From NCBI RefSeq assembly GCF_964355755.1, contig NC_092672.1:20845237-20909236 (forward strand): DNA of 64,000 nt, given 5' to 3'. The notes below the pieces were generated by a model. It had not been told where the DNA came from. It ran no database searches and worked only from the letters and a program-made list of their open reading frames with translations. The stretch comes from Antedon mediterranea (lineage: Eukaryota; Animalia; Echinodermata). Positions 41,351 to 54,654 of this stretch are shown here, in pieces (within the stretch, counting starts at the first letter, position 1; every line of letters begins with the position of its first letter). Made by a program: the position numbers and the translations under genes.

Positions 41351-41931
41351 GTCTAAAGCTTTTAAATTAAAAAATGTTAATAAAATCCTGTATATATTAT
41401 TTTATTTCTTACACAGTTACATAGGTTTTTTAAAAGCATAGAAACTTTGAAACCATTTTTATGATGTTGTTGCAATAATTTAAAAACTAATTTATCCTCA
41501 AATTGAATTTAAATAACTTGTATGTTTATATGGTAGTGGTTTTCTCCATGCATTTATGAAATATCAAAGTGTGTGCAAGAACTATCGTAGTCGCAAATTG
41601 TCACCCAAATATTAAAGGTCTATATTCAATTAATTTACAATGACATGAGAACAACAATTATTTGGTAAAAAAATTAAAAACAAGTTGTGACATGACAGTG
41701 CATGAGTCAGGGTGAATTTTAAATTTGGAGTAGAGTTGTGGCTTGGTGGTTATGATGCTTGGCTACCAATTGAAGGGTCCTGGGTTCAAGTCGTGTCATA
41801 TTCCAGGATTTTTTCTAATGACAAATTACAACTCCACTCCCAAAGACTTGTAATAAGACTTTGTTTATGTAGAGCATCTTGTGTATGTTTGTCTTGTGAA
41901 CATGATTGCTACCTTTAAGAAGAATAGTGAA

Positions 41932-43460
41932 TTCAATTCAATTCAATTCAATTCAATTCAATTAAAACTTTATTATCCCCATGGGGAAACTCTGTTGGCC
42001 TTTTCAAAAGTACAGTACATACAAATATAAAATGGATACAGTACATAAAATATAAAATACGATAAAAAAAAGCCATACAAAATATACATATAAAATCCTA
42101 TAAAGTCGATTTAAAATACTACAAAAAATAAAACTATCGCATAAAATACGATTATATAATGAATGATATTATCATTCATTATATAATCGTATAGCGGCAG
42201 GGACGAATGAATTGCCATATCTATTTGTTTTAATTTTTCTTTGAAGGAGTCTGTCACAACGTTGACTTTTGTTAAATTTATAGTGCAGAGGATGAGCGTG
42301 GTCTTTTAAAATAATTTTTTAATTACTAATTCCTTATATAAAACTTCAGGTTGAATTTGTTCAGAGCCTACTATTCTACTGCCTTGTTTAACTATTTTAT
42401 TAAGTAAAAGTCTATCTTTAAAACGTGAATTACCATAATAACATATTAGGCAAAAACTAAGTACACTGTTTAAGATAGAAGTATAAAAAAGTTGTAAAAT
42501 AGTACGGTCAATCTTAAAAGAGTTTAATTTGCGTAGAAAGAAGAGACGTTTTTGTAATTTATTGTATATGCACCTACTATTTGCATCAAATTTAAGTTTA
42601 TTATCAATTTCAACCCCTAAATATTTGTAAGTTTTAACTTCCGGAATGGTCTCACCATTGATTTTGATCTTGGGAAGGTAGTTTATCTTCTTCCGAAAAT
42701 CAAAAACCATCTCTTTAGTTTTATTTATATTTAGATCTAAAAAATTATCTTTACACCATTTGTGAAAAATATTAATACTGTCTAAGAAGCCTGTCATTGA
42801 ATCATCTTTTGAATCCAGATAACCAATCAGAGCAGTGTCGTCTGCATATTTAATAATCTCAGTTTTTGTATTATTTGACTTACAATCATTTGTGTATATT
42901 GTATACAATAAAGGTGATAACACACAACCTTGTGGAACACCCGTGTTAACTTTCAACAACGAGGACAACGTGTGATTAAGCTTAACACGCTGTTCTCTAT
43001 CTTTTAAAAAATTAAGTAGCCATTTTATAATCAGTGGGTTAACTTCTAAATCGATAAGCTTATTAGCCAGAACATATGGTTGAATATTATTGAATGCACT
43101 AGAGAAATCAACAAAAAGAATTCTCGCAAAGCAACCTTTTTTCTCTAGGTGCTCAGAAACATTATTAAGGAGCAAAAGCACTGCATCATCAACACACCTG
43201 TTTGGACGATATGCAAATTGATTTATATCTAGCAGATTCTCCACTGAGGCAACTAGCTTATTTTTAACAATTTTTTCTAAACACTTCATTGGTACACATG
43301 TAAGGGCCACAGGTCTAAGGTCATTCATTTCCTTGGGATTTGGTTTTTTGGGAATGGGCATGATTGTTGATTTTTTCCACAACATTGGAACTATTGAGTC
43401 ATTTACAGAGGATTGAAATAAAATTTGGTACTCATAAATTTCAGGGCATAAATCATCATA
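41932..43460 (-). mobile_element. 5'-truncated LINE, Rex1/Babar-like (CR1 group)
   Basis: WKKSTIMPIPKK, NDLRPVALT, QFAYRPNRCVDDA, FVDFSSAFN, GVPQGCVLSPLLY, KYADD, YKYLG; frameshift near 42306; 3' tail (TTGAA)n at 41932-41963. Confidence 0.9.
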
Positions 43461-43464
43461 TGGC

Positions 43465-43908
43465 AATACAATTACATGCGTAGCGCATGTAACGCATGCG
43501 TACGCGCGCTTAAAATGTTCAAAATTTATTTTCGATGAAATAAGAGTACGTTTCAGGCAATTTTAAGCGTTTACAAAATTGCCATGAGTGCACAGATTTT
43601 TGCGCGCGCACTGCGCGTTAAATGTTGTTGCGCACTCTTTTTGCCCGATTTCTGTTTTCCTGACTTACTTTTCAACTCGAAATTACGTTATACGAGCACG
43701 TCAAAAGTGACAGGCTACGCACGTGTAAATTAAAAAAATATACATGTTTTTAAACATTTCAACATTTTTAAACATGTTCAGTAATTTCGGTCAGTATAGT
43801 TCACTATGTCGGTCGGTCCGTCTGTCTGTCTGTCTGTCGGTCTGTTTGTCTGTCGGTCCGGTATCACTATGCATTGTAGCACGCGACTTAATGGCTGTTG
43901 GCCTTGTT
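43465..43908 (-). mobile_element. Helentron-associated (HINE-like) element fragment
   Basis: (TCTG/TCGG)n microsatellite and terminus GCACGCGAC...TGGCCTTGT, reverse-matching the 2277 element. Confidence 0.55.
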
Positions 43909-46685
43909 ATTAATGACAGGCTAACCTTTAATTTGTTCCTATACACTATGTTGTATTCTAAAATTCCTCCTTGATCTCACTACAAGTTTTGAACAAATGA
44001 GCTAAAATAGTTTAGCAAAAGCAAAAGCTTTTCCAACTTAAATGGTGTATCCTCTTCTTACAGGTGATAGAGCATTACCTATAGCTACAAACAGCCATTG
44101 ATACATTTTACTGTGGTATTTATTTTCAGTTATAAGATTATGAGAAATGAGTTTAAACGAAGCAGATGCACTATTCCATAATTGTAATGCTTTATGACCT
44201 TCTAACCCCCTTTTATGTGAATATACTGTAAAACTGGCTTTCAGCTTTAAGTAGATTACCTTATTCTTTTCAATTAGACCATCCACTTGGTACGTAACTT
44301 TCTCTGCATAGTGATACACAACAAAAGCTGGTGATGTCACTGACATGTGTGAACGAGATAAGTTTGCACTGCGGATAGTGTCATGAAGAAACTCACAAAA
44401 TGAACTTGGATCTGAATGTCTGTTTAACTTGCATTGCTATAAACAAGATAAACTTAGCAATTAGTTCACAGAAAGTAAATGACATAATAACATGATTGTG
44501 ATCCTTAGATAGACAGTCTAAGCACAACAACTTGTAGTTTGCACTGGTTGTGGTGCTACTGTACTTTTGCACCTAACTCACTGGGCATAAGGTCACTCAC
44601 CATCACTGATGTGCAGCAGGTGAATATTTTTAAATTGGGGTTAAGCTTGAGGTGCAAAAGTACATCAGCACCAGGTTTTCTAGTGTAAACTAGGCTCAAA
44701 AGTCCATTGTTTATCTTCTTACAAACTACAGTTTATTTTTATGGAAAGACAAACTATGCCTGTCTGGAAAAAACCACTGTTTCTCAAAATATCAAATTCA
44801 AAATACGAAAGAGTTATTATTTTACGACGTACTGTACTACGATTGAGAAAGGCAAATTCTCAATACATCTTTTTTTACAGCAGTTTATATTTCAATAAAA
44901 AGACAAACTACAGAATACAGGTCTTTTCCAACTATAATTGGCGAAAAACTATGACAAATTATTTTTTGTATTTTGCGGTGGAATAGCAACACTTACTTGA
45001 TTCATAAGTGCAAATATACTGATGTTGCCTTCAATAATAGCAAGACATGTTTTATTGTCAGTAAAGTCTTCAAATTTCCATGGAATTCCCTCAGATTGAC
45101 AGTCATCCTAAAATAACACAAACATGGCTGTTTAATCAGCAGTATAATTATGTTTATAAAGGTTCATCATTATCACTGTTAGATAAATAAAGTGAATGAT
45201 AATTCTCATAAACTTTAATTATTATTGTTATCTTAATTATTTTATATTGTATTATAATTACCGTATACTAGTATTTTGATATTATTAAGTTTTTACAAGA
45301 TTCATTTGATATAAACTAAAAGAAGTGCCATATTATTTTTATTCATTTTTTTAAAATAAAAGAACTGTTGTTATTAAACACCGTAGCACCAACTGTATAT
45401 TAGCATACTCTATATATAGAAAATAAGTTTGTTGGAATACCTGTTCTGCTTTGAGGAAGTTGTGCACAAAATGTTGCTGAAGCTTCTCATTTGCATAATT
45501 TATGCATAATTGCTCCAAACTGTTAAATGAAAAACTTTCAAATCCGTAGACATCCAGTAGACCAATGTAAGACTGCCAACTCCTGGCCATGGTACAGCCA
45601 TTGATGAATCCAACGAGCCAATCAAAAACTCTGAAACGTTAAACCATAATTTAGTCACAGTCTTCAAAGCTAGTTTTTTTTGGGTAAAACCAAAGTGGGG
45701 TTGAAAAAGTTTGCATGTAAACATTTTCTCCTGTTACATACTAACTACATGACAAAGAAAGAAATTAGGCAGAAAGAAGTCAGGCCATGACAGAAAGAGA
45801 GATTAGGCAAGAAAAAAAAATAAATTAAATTGACTAAGTATTAGAGTTTGCATGTATGTATGTTTATTTTATTTTTGTGAATGTTTAAAGGTGTATGTAC
45901 GATTTGCTGTGGGCAATCCGCCTCGGTGCAGCCCAGCATGCATATGGGGAAGCAAATAAAAGTTATTGGATATGTACAACATCTTCTGTGGGTTTGTTTT
46001 GAATGTATAACAGGTCAGTAAATAAGCAAATACTGCACAACAAGAATCATTTTCAAAAGAGTAAGTAGGTTTCTTTCACTACAAACAAATATAGCGTTAA
46101 TGTTTGTAAAATACCTGGCATAGAGTAACTTTGCAAGACAATCTCTCCTTGTATGACATTCATCTTTTATGCAAGGTTTCATAAAGACACTCTTTCTACG
46201 CTTGTGAGATGCAGTGATTTGTCGGAATGCAAGACATCTAGTTAAGGCACCAACATCAAGACCAAGTAACTGTGCAGCAGCATTAACAGAGGTGTCAACT
46301 CCTGATGAAGCAACATAAATAGTACAACAATATGATATATTGAATAATTAGTAAATTAGAAAATCTTTCTTTGGCTGAAATATTTTATCAACATTTTTTG
46401 AAGATGGAGAAAAATATTAATAAGATTGTTTAAGATTTTAAAATGACATAATTATTAACGATATTTTTTTGGATATTTTGTGACCAACCTACAATAATAT
46501 TACGGTATTCCTTATGTCCGTTTTTAGTTATTTCTCATATATTATATTATGGTAGAAATAAAAACAAATTAAAAAATAGTAAAAAGATGTTTAAACTGTT
46601 GATAGAATATTATGAATCATAAATAAACGGCAATTTCCTTTAGATTAAAAATTCTAATAAAATAAAAAAGAATGAACAAACAGTA

Positions 46686-47259
46686 TTTAAGCTAAACTAT
46701 AAATACTGTATGCAATCTTAAAGGTCGCAACTACTTTAAGCTAAACTATAAATACTGTATGCAAACTTAAAGGTCGCAACTACTTTAAGCTAAACTATAA
46801 ATACTGTATGCAATCTTACAGGTTGCAACTACTTTAAGCTAAACTATAAATACTGTATGCAATCTTAAAGGTCGCAACTACTTTAAGCTAAACTATAAAT
46901 ACTGTATGCAAACTTAAAGGTTGCAACTACTTTAAGCTAAACTATAAATACTGTATGCAATCTTAAAGGTTGCAACTACTTTAAGCTAAACTCTAAATAC
47001 TGTATGCAATCTTAAAAAAGGTTGCAACTACTTTAAGCTAAACTATAAATACTGTATGCAATCTTAAAGGTCGCAACTACTTTAAGCTAAACTATAAATA
47101 CTGTATGCAATCTTAAAGGTCGCAACTACTTTAAGCTAAACTATAAATACTGTATGCAATCTGACAGGTTGCAACTACTTTAAGCTAAACTATAAATACT
47201 GTATGCAATCTTAAAGGTTGCAACTACTTTAAGCTAAACTATAAATACTGTATGCAATC
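46686..47259. repeat. 49-bp minisatellite x ~12
   Basis: TTTAAGCTAAACTATAAATACTGTATGCAATCTTAAAGGTCGCAACTAC repeated. Confidence 0.95.
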
Positions 47260-47603
47260 TTTTTATTGGTATAATACAGAAAATAATTAAACAGCATAAC
47301 CTTTTATATCATTTACCTTGTTTTTCAGAATCAATTTCACATGGTCCAGTGATATCATCACTAATAAACTCTATATTTCCAAGATGAAGTATACCACTTA
47401 GAACCTACAAATAAACACATTTTCAAATTCAATTCAATAATTCAAAAAATAGAATTATAAAACATTACTATTAGATTTATGTATAAAAAACATCAAAGTC
47501 TATTATCACTTATTTATATACTACCATTTGGTTTTCATTACCATAAATTTGTAAAAGTTGTTTTGAATCAATATACTATCATGATTGTAAAAACTAGGTA
47601 AAA

Positions 47604-47833
47604 GTTCACTGATGTTTACTGTCCACATGTGCTGGATTAGTTCAACCAAGGCATCTAAACACATTGCTTTGGTTCAGTTAGTTCACTGATGTTTACTGTC
47701 CACATGTGCTGGATTAGTTTAACCAAGGCATCTAAACACATTGCTTTGGTTCAGTTAGTTCACTGATGTTTACTGTCCAAATGTGCTGGATTAGTTCAAC
47801 CAAGGCATCTAAACACATTGTTTTGGTTCAGTT
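47604..47833. repeat. 77-bp tandem repeat x3
   Basis: GTTCACTGATGTTTACTGTCCACATGTGCTGG... at 47604, 47681, 47758. Confidence 0.93.
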
Positions 47834-47920
47834 ACTAATAATATCACCACTAAGTTTAACCATGTTTTACCAGTGAATTCACTCTTCCCTTGTAAAACAA
47901 TGTTTGTTAAGTAACCAGTT

Positions 47921-48238
47921 CTAATTAAGTAAAAGTTTCTTACTTTAAATAATTCTTGTTGCTGTGACCTGCTAAGTCCAACATTAGACATTGCTTACTA
48001 ACTAATTAAGTAAAAGTTTCTTACTTTAAATAATTCTTGTTGCTGTGACCTGCTAAGTCCAACATTAGACATTGCTTACTAACTAATTAAGTAAAAGTTT
48101 CTTACTTTAAATAATTCTTGTTGCTGTGATCTGCTAAGTCCAACATTAGACATTGCTTACTAACTAATTAAGTAAAAGTTTCTTACTTTAAATAATTCTT
48201 GTTGCTGTGACCTGCTAAGTCCAACATTACACATTGCT
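47921..48238. repeat. 81-bp tandem repeat x ~4 of a MYO19 exon end plus splice donor
   Basis: Unit encodes ..NVGLSRSQQQELFK followed by GTAAGA; units at 47921, 48002, 48083, 48164. Confidence 0.93.
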
Positions 48239-49809
48239 TGCTTTGTAACTATAAAATCTTGTTTATCCTTTTGATTACATGCATCTTCTGAACGGTTTAG
48301 TTTCACATAGTTTAAGTTGTCTGAACTCAATACATTTGGTAGTAACCAGTTCCTCATTTCCCTTTCATTTCCGCCAAACAGCATCTATGATAATTTGAAA
48401 GAAGAAATGTTAATGATATTATTAAAAAGACTAATAATGAGAATAATATAAACTAATAATATATTTCATGCTTTGATAACATTAGTAGAGTGAGTGCTTT
48501 CTTGCGCTATATTACAAAATATTATAAAGTGACAATTTTGTTTCAAGATGTTTAATATCAGTACCAGAAAGATCCTTTTCATATCTGCCTACATTGATCT
48601 CCAGACTTATTACATGTTTTCATATTTACTCACGAACCTTGTGAAATCACGGGACAAGTATTGTCATTGTATAGTTGATGGTGCTATCATTAAGTTTGTG
48701 AGAACAAAAAAGTCACGCTTCGATACTTTCAAACAGGTGTACGGTCAGTTAAATACCAGGACATACCCTTTGGTTGTAATCAGGTTGTTAAAATTCTACT
48801 GATATTCACAGGGGCCTGTTTTTTTGTTTGTTCTGCGCTTTGTGTTTGCTATTAGCCTCCTCACTTTAGAAACATGGCAACGGAATTAAATTGCAGGGTT
48901 TTCTCTAATCTGCAGAAAATATGCAAATGTATCACAGTTTCCAGCAGTTAAGTTAAACAGTTGGTTATCCGGTTTAAAGGTACACAAAAATGAAACATAA
49001 CTAATACTAACTTGGTAAAATATGTGAAAATTCCTGGCACCATCACATTGATAAACAACTCTAGTTTTCTCAAGAAGGTATGTCTGAATAGAAGCACCAA
49101 CAACATGATTTCCACTGACAACAAAATTGGAAAGGTAAAATAAGAATTCCTCTTGTGTGTAATTTCATTCTTCCCTGCTATGACACACAAAATGGCATAT
49201 GTAGAAACTCAAAATGCATGGCCTGTATACAGTATGTTGGTTGAACATTGACAAATAAAAATAATGTATGAAACTTACCGACTGAATTGTAGCTGAATGT
49301 ACTTTCCAAAGCAGCTACTATTGTGATTCCTGGTTGTGCTAGCATTGCCTAAGAAAATGAAATAATAGTTGTCTAACAGAGATGGAGTTGTAGGGAGGTG
49401 TAGGGTGCTGGGAGGCAAAAGATTAATATTACTGTATATATATATACTGGTGCAGGCCATCAATTTCAATTAATTCTACTAGTCTTAATGATACCAAATC
49501 TGCCAAAAATTAAATTTGAGCATAAAATCTCACCAAATTCATATTTAGAACATACTGTAAGATGGCCACTGCTCATCAACAGTTTTAGCCTATATATTAT
49601 ATTAGGAGTTTAAAGGATTTTGGCACCATGACTTAAGGTTAAAGATATGCTAGAATTACAAAATGTAAAATCAGTACAACTGCTTTAAATTATCATTTTA
49701 AATTTCATTTAATAAAGTAAAGTGTTAATAAATTTTGGGTTAGGTGTAGCTTTATTTATTTATTTTTAAATCAGTATGATACTTATTGACTTTTATATTT
49801 CAGTTTTCT

Positions 49810-49850
49810 CAGGGAAGAGTTAAATTACAATTTAATTTAACTCTTCCCTG
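49810..49850. mobile_element. 41-bp TIR-only mini-element
   Basis: CAGGGAAGAGTTAAATTA-CAATT-TAATTTAACTCTTCCCTG flanked by GTTTTCT on both sides. Confidence 0.7.
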
Positions 49851-51447
49851 GTTTTCTTGTAATTTTAATGGTACACTATCATTATGCTCATTTTTATTTG
49901 GTTCTCATCTCTTTATCGACTGTTCTTATTCTATTTTTTTCTTTATCTGTTGATGATAATGATGATGAATATAGAAAATTTGATACATTGATATATGATT
50001 TAAAAATACTGATTTTGTATATTTAACAAAAATAAAGGTCCAACTTCTAGCGATCTTTCTTAGGACCATAACAGTACATAGATGTTTTTACATTTGAGAA
50101 TGACATGTGTATCTTACTGCACTTTATTAAAGATAAACATAATAATTACCAAATGCTTCAAGAATAGGATTTGAGTCTAATATTCTACGTTCAATGCAAT
50201 CTGCTGGTGATGGCGTGAAACCACTATGAACAAAAAAGACAACAAGTTATCACAAATAAGTAACAAAACAGAGACAAATCTATAATTATGATGAAATAAA
50301 AACTGTAATTTTACATACATGAGAGTGTTATTAAATATGATATTAAATTAAATGTGTTTATTTTTATTACCCAGGGTTACATACTGCCACCATTGTCAGA
50401 TATTTTAGTAAACATCTTGCATTCCATGTCTGTAATAAAACAATAATAAATAACAGAGAATAACAAACGTTTTTGTATTTTCACAAAAAATATTGACTAA
50501 ACTGCCTTGGTGAAAATCGAAAATCGGTTGCCAACATTCCCTCTTTGCACGTCTGGCAAGCATTTAGTGAGATTCAATAAATGCTGATTTTGTAACAGTG
50601 TCCTTTGAAACAGTAAAAACAAATTATAGCACTCTCTATTACTTGTCCATGCTTTTAGCCTCTCTATTTTTATTCAAGTTTGGGCCTCTCTATTATTTCA
50701 AAATAAACAAGAAATGGTTTTAAAGGTAAAAAATTGACTCTGATTACATTGGTGAAAACAAACGTAAAACTGAAATTGTTGAATTGCCTTTCCAGAACCA
50801 CTTTCACCGCTGACAATTATTGACTGATTTAATCTTGTCTAGTCTTCTAGTAAGATTACACAAAGCTGTTTCTGCAATTCCAAATACATGTGGTGGGTAT
50901 GCCTGAAAAAAAAAAAATAAAGATGTATATTCCCCAAAAAACATGAAAATGAGGATTAATAAATCAAGCCATTTTGCTGTTTTAATAAAGTTATTCGTTT
51001 CAAAGAAAAAAACAAAAAAATATAGCACTAGTTTTACTAAATTAATGGTTAAATTTAACCAAAAGCCCATTTCCCGACAGAAAATTTGACTGTTAAAAAA
51101 TTATAATTAAATTTTTTTTTTTTCCAATCCAATTTTTGGTCAAAGTAAATAACTACAGTATTATGTGACATAAAATGGCATATTCAGCAAAACAATTATC
51201 TTTTCAGAGGAGCTCAGCATATATCTCTAAGTTCTCACTTCTAAGTGCAACTGAGGACATATTAATATTTTTGCCCAATATTATTTGAAGATTAAAGTGA
51301 AGTCAAGATTTTAATAGTGATGTCACCAACATATCAATTTTCCTAAAAATCAATAGTATACTAGCAAATCGTTGTTTACCTTTTGATCACTACGGTAACG
51401 ATGAATCATATGAACACCAAAATGTCCAGTTGCTTTGAAAGGATTTA

Positions 51448-52087
51448 AAGTAACAAGTGTGTTGCCAGTCTGAGTGTGGTATCTACCAGCTAAGTACCGC
51501 TCACGTAAACAGTTCAGCACTATGAACAGAAAAACTTAGGTTAAGTAACAAGTGTGTTGCCAGTCTGAGTGTGGTATCTACCAGCTAAGCACCGCTCATG
51601 TAAACAGTTCAGCACTATGAACAGAAAATATTAGGTTAAGTAACAAGTGTGTTGCCAGTCTGAGTGTGGTATCTACCAGCTAAGTACCGCTCACGTAAAC
51701 AGTTCAGCACTATGAACAGAAAAACTTAGGTTAAGTAACAAGTGTGTTGCCAGTCTGAGTGTGGTATCTACCAGCTAAGCACCGCTCATGTAAACAGTTC
51801 AGCACTATGAACAGAAAATATTAGGTTAAGTAACAAGTGTGTTGCCAGTCTGAGTGTGGTATCTACCAGCTAAGTACCACTCATGTAAACAGTTCAGCAC
51901 TATGAACAGAAAATATTAGGTTAAGTAACAAGTGTGTTGCCAGTCTGAGTGTGGTATCTACCAGCTAAGTACCACTCATGTAAACAGTTCAGCACTATGA
52001 ACAGAAAATATTAGGTTAAGTAACAAGTGTGTTGCCAGTCTGAGTGTGGTATCTACCAGCTAAGTACCGCTCAAGTGTGTTGCCAGT
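51448..52087. repeat. 95-bp tandem repeat x ~6.6 of a MYO19 splice acceptor plus exon start
   Basis: Each minus-strand unit reads TTTTCTGTTCATAG|TGCTGAACTGTTTAC..CTTGTTACTT; units start at 51448, 51543, 51638, 51733, 51828, 51923, 52018. Confidence 0.93.
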
Positions 52088-53535
52088 ACTTTGTCTAATT
52101 GTCTTCAAATTGTTCTACTCTAAAAATGTATTACTGTAACTATAAATTTTATTTTAAAGTGGTCTTTAATTGGAGAAAATTTGAAGGATTGTGGTCTTTG
52201 ATCTCTAATTAGAGGGCGGCAACAGCTAATGGTAGAAAATAGGTGATCATCTGTCTTTAAATTAGATTGAGCTTTTAATTAAAGGGGTCTTTAATCAGAG
52301 ACTGTAGTATTAACAACCATTGAAACATGTGTGTACTATTAATTCACTTACTAGCAGGTTCTGAGAGAGGATTAAGCAAAACAAGATCATCTGTATTGAT
52401 CCAATCTGTTTGAGTACACAGCACTGGATAGCCAGCATGACCACGTATCACAACATCCTAGACAATGAAGTTACAAGCAATATTTAAAATACATTATATA
52501 GAATACTTAGTAGCAAGGTTGGGTTGTTGACATAGATGGTATGCTTCCCTCCCCTCCTTACCTCACAATTATATTTAGTGTCTATAATCTTGCCATCACT
52601 AAAACATGAATTAACACATGCTCGAACCCAAACCTCTTACCTGGCCATTAGATTTAGTGACTATAATCTTGCAATCACTAAAACATGAATTGACACATGC
52701 TCGAACCCAAACCTCTTTTTCATCATGTATCCACACCATTAACCCCTGAAAGTACAGTAAACAGTTGATTATTCAATTCAATCAACTTTTATTATCCACA
52801 ATCTGATTCTTTTGGTTGTGGCAGACTCACAAATGTAAATAAACATTTAAAACAAATGTTTAAAATACACATGTATACAAATTATTGCTAAAGAGTAATA
52901 GTTGTAAAGTCTAACACTAACAGCTTTCAGAATTAAAATTTTGCAGGTATTTAGCATAATGGATGCTATAAGCCCGGCTATATAAGCCCGGCTATATAAG
53001 CCCATCGCTAAATACCTTTGAATAGGCCTAGAGTTTTCGCATCAGCAGAAAAACACGAAACATAGCCTAGGACAAAAATCATTCAACTGTGACCACTCTT
53101 GATCATCGTCGTGATTTTGCCATGAACAGTCTCTTTGGCCATGCGCAGAACATGCCGGGAACCAGTACAAATATTGCGCCCTCTCTGGCGTGGCCTTGTT
53201 GTCTTTTTAGAGAACACTGGATTTTATTTGGTTAATGGTAGTTCAAGTCCGTAGTATTTTTCAGTAAAACAGGTAGCGCAAGTGCCTCATGTCTTGAAGT
53301 GGCTGCTGCACCCCCCGTTTGGTTTATATACAAGTGACCCCCCCCCCCCCCCTCCCGGGTGCCAGATGAAGACTTATTGAAAACAAGTTAAAACGTTGCA
53401 CATGTACATATTATTTTTAAACAACCTACTGACTTAAAGAAGGGCTTACACAGATGGAATTAGTAAATTAACCAGCCAATGTGTGGGGCAACCATTTCAT
53501 TCCATGTCTTTAATACCCTAATGAATAACTGTGCC

Positions 53536-54654
53536 AAGTATCAGAATGTTCACTTCAGGTCTACTAAAGTAGGCCTACTATGCATGACAAGTATCAGAAT
53601 GTTCACTTCAGGTCTACTAAAAGTAGGCCTACTATGCATGACAAGTATCAGAATGTTCACTTCAGGTCTACTAAAGTAGGCCTACTATGCATGACAAGTA
53701 TCAGAATGTTCACTTCATGTCTACTAAAGTAGGCCTACTATGCATGACAAGTGTCAGAATGTTCACTTCGGGTCTACTAAAGTAGGCCTACTATGCATGA
53801 CAAGTGTCAGAATGTTCACTTCAGGTCTACTAAAGTAGGCCTACTATGCATGACAAGTGTCAGAATGTTCACTTCAGGTCTACTAAAGTAGGCCTACTAT
53901 GCATGACAAGTATCAGAATGTTCACTTCAGGTCTACTAAAGTAGGCCTACTATGCATGACAAGTATCAGAATGTTCACTTCATGTCTACTAAAGTAGGCC
54001 TACTATGCATGACAAGTGTCAGAATGTTCACTTCGGGTCTACTAAAGTAGGCCTACTATGCATGACAAGTGTCAGAATGTTCACTTCAGGTCTACTAAAG
54101 TAGGCCTACTATGCATGACAAGTGTCAGAATGTTCACTTCAGGTCTACTAAAGTAGGCCTACTATGCATGACAAGTATCAGAATGTTCACTTCAGGTCTA
54201 CTAAAGTAGGCCTACTATGCATGACAAGTGTCAGAATGTTCACTTCATGTCTACTAAAGTAGGCCTACTATGCATGACAAGTGTCAGAATGTTCACTTCA
54301 GGTCTACTAAAAGTAGGCCTACTATGCATGACAAGTGTCAGAATGTTCACTTCAGGTCTACTAAAAGTAGGCCTACTATGCATGACAAGTGTCAGAATGT
54401 TCACTTCAGGTCTACTAAAGTAGGCCTACTATGCATGACAAGTGTCAGAATGTTCACTTCAGGTCTACTAAAAGTAGGCCTACTATGCATGACAAGTGTC
54501 AGAATGTTCACTTCAGGTCTACTAAAAGTAGGCCTACTATGCATGACAAGTGTCAGAATGTTCACTTCAGGTCTACTAAAGTAGGCCTACTATGCATGAC
54601 AAGTGTCAGAATGTTCACTTCATGTCTACTTAAAGTAGGCCTACTATGCATGAC
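53536..54654. repeat. 53/54-bp minisatellite x ~21
   Basis: AAGTGTCAGAATGTTCACTTCAGGTCTACTAAAGTAGGCCTACTATGCATGAC repeated. Confidence 0.96.
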
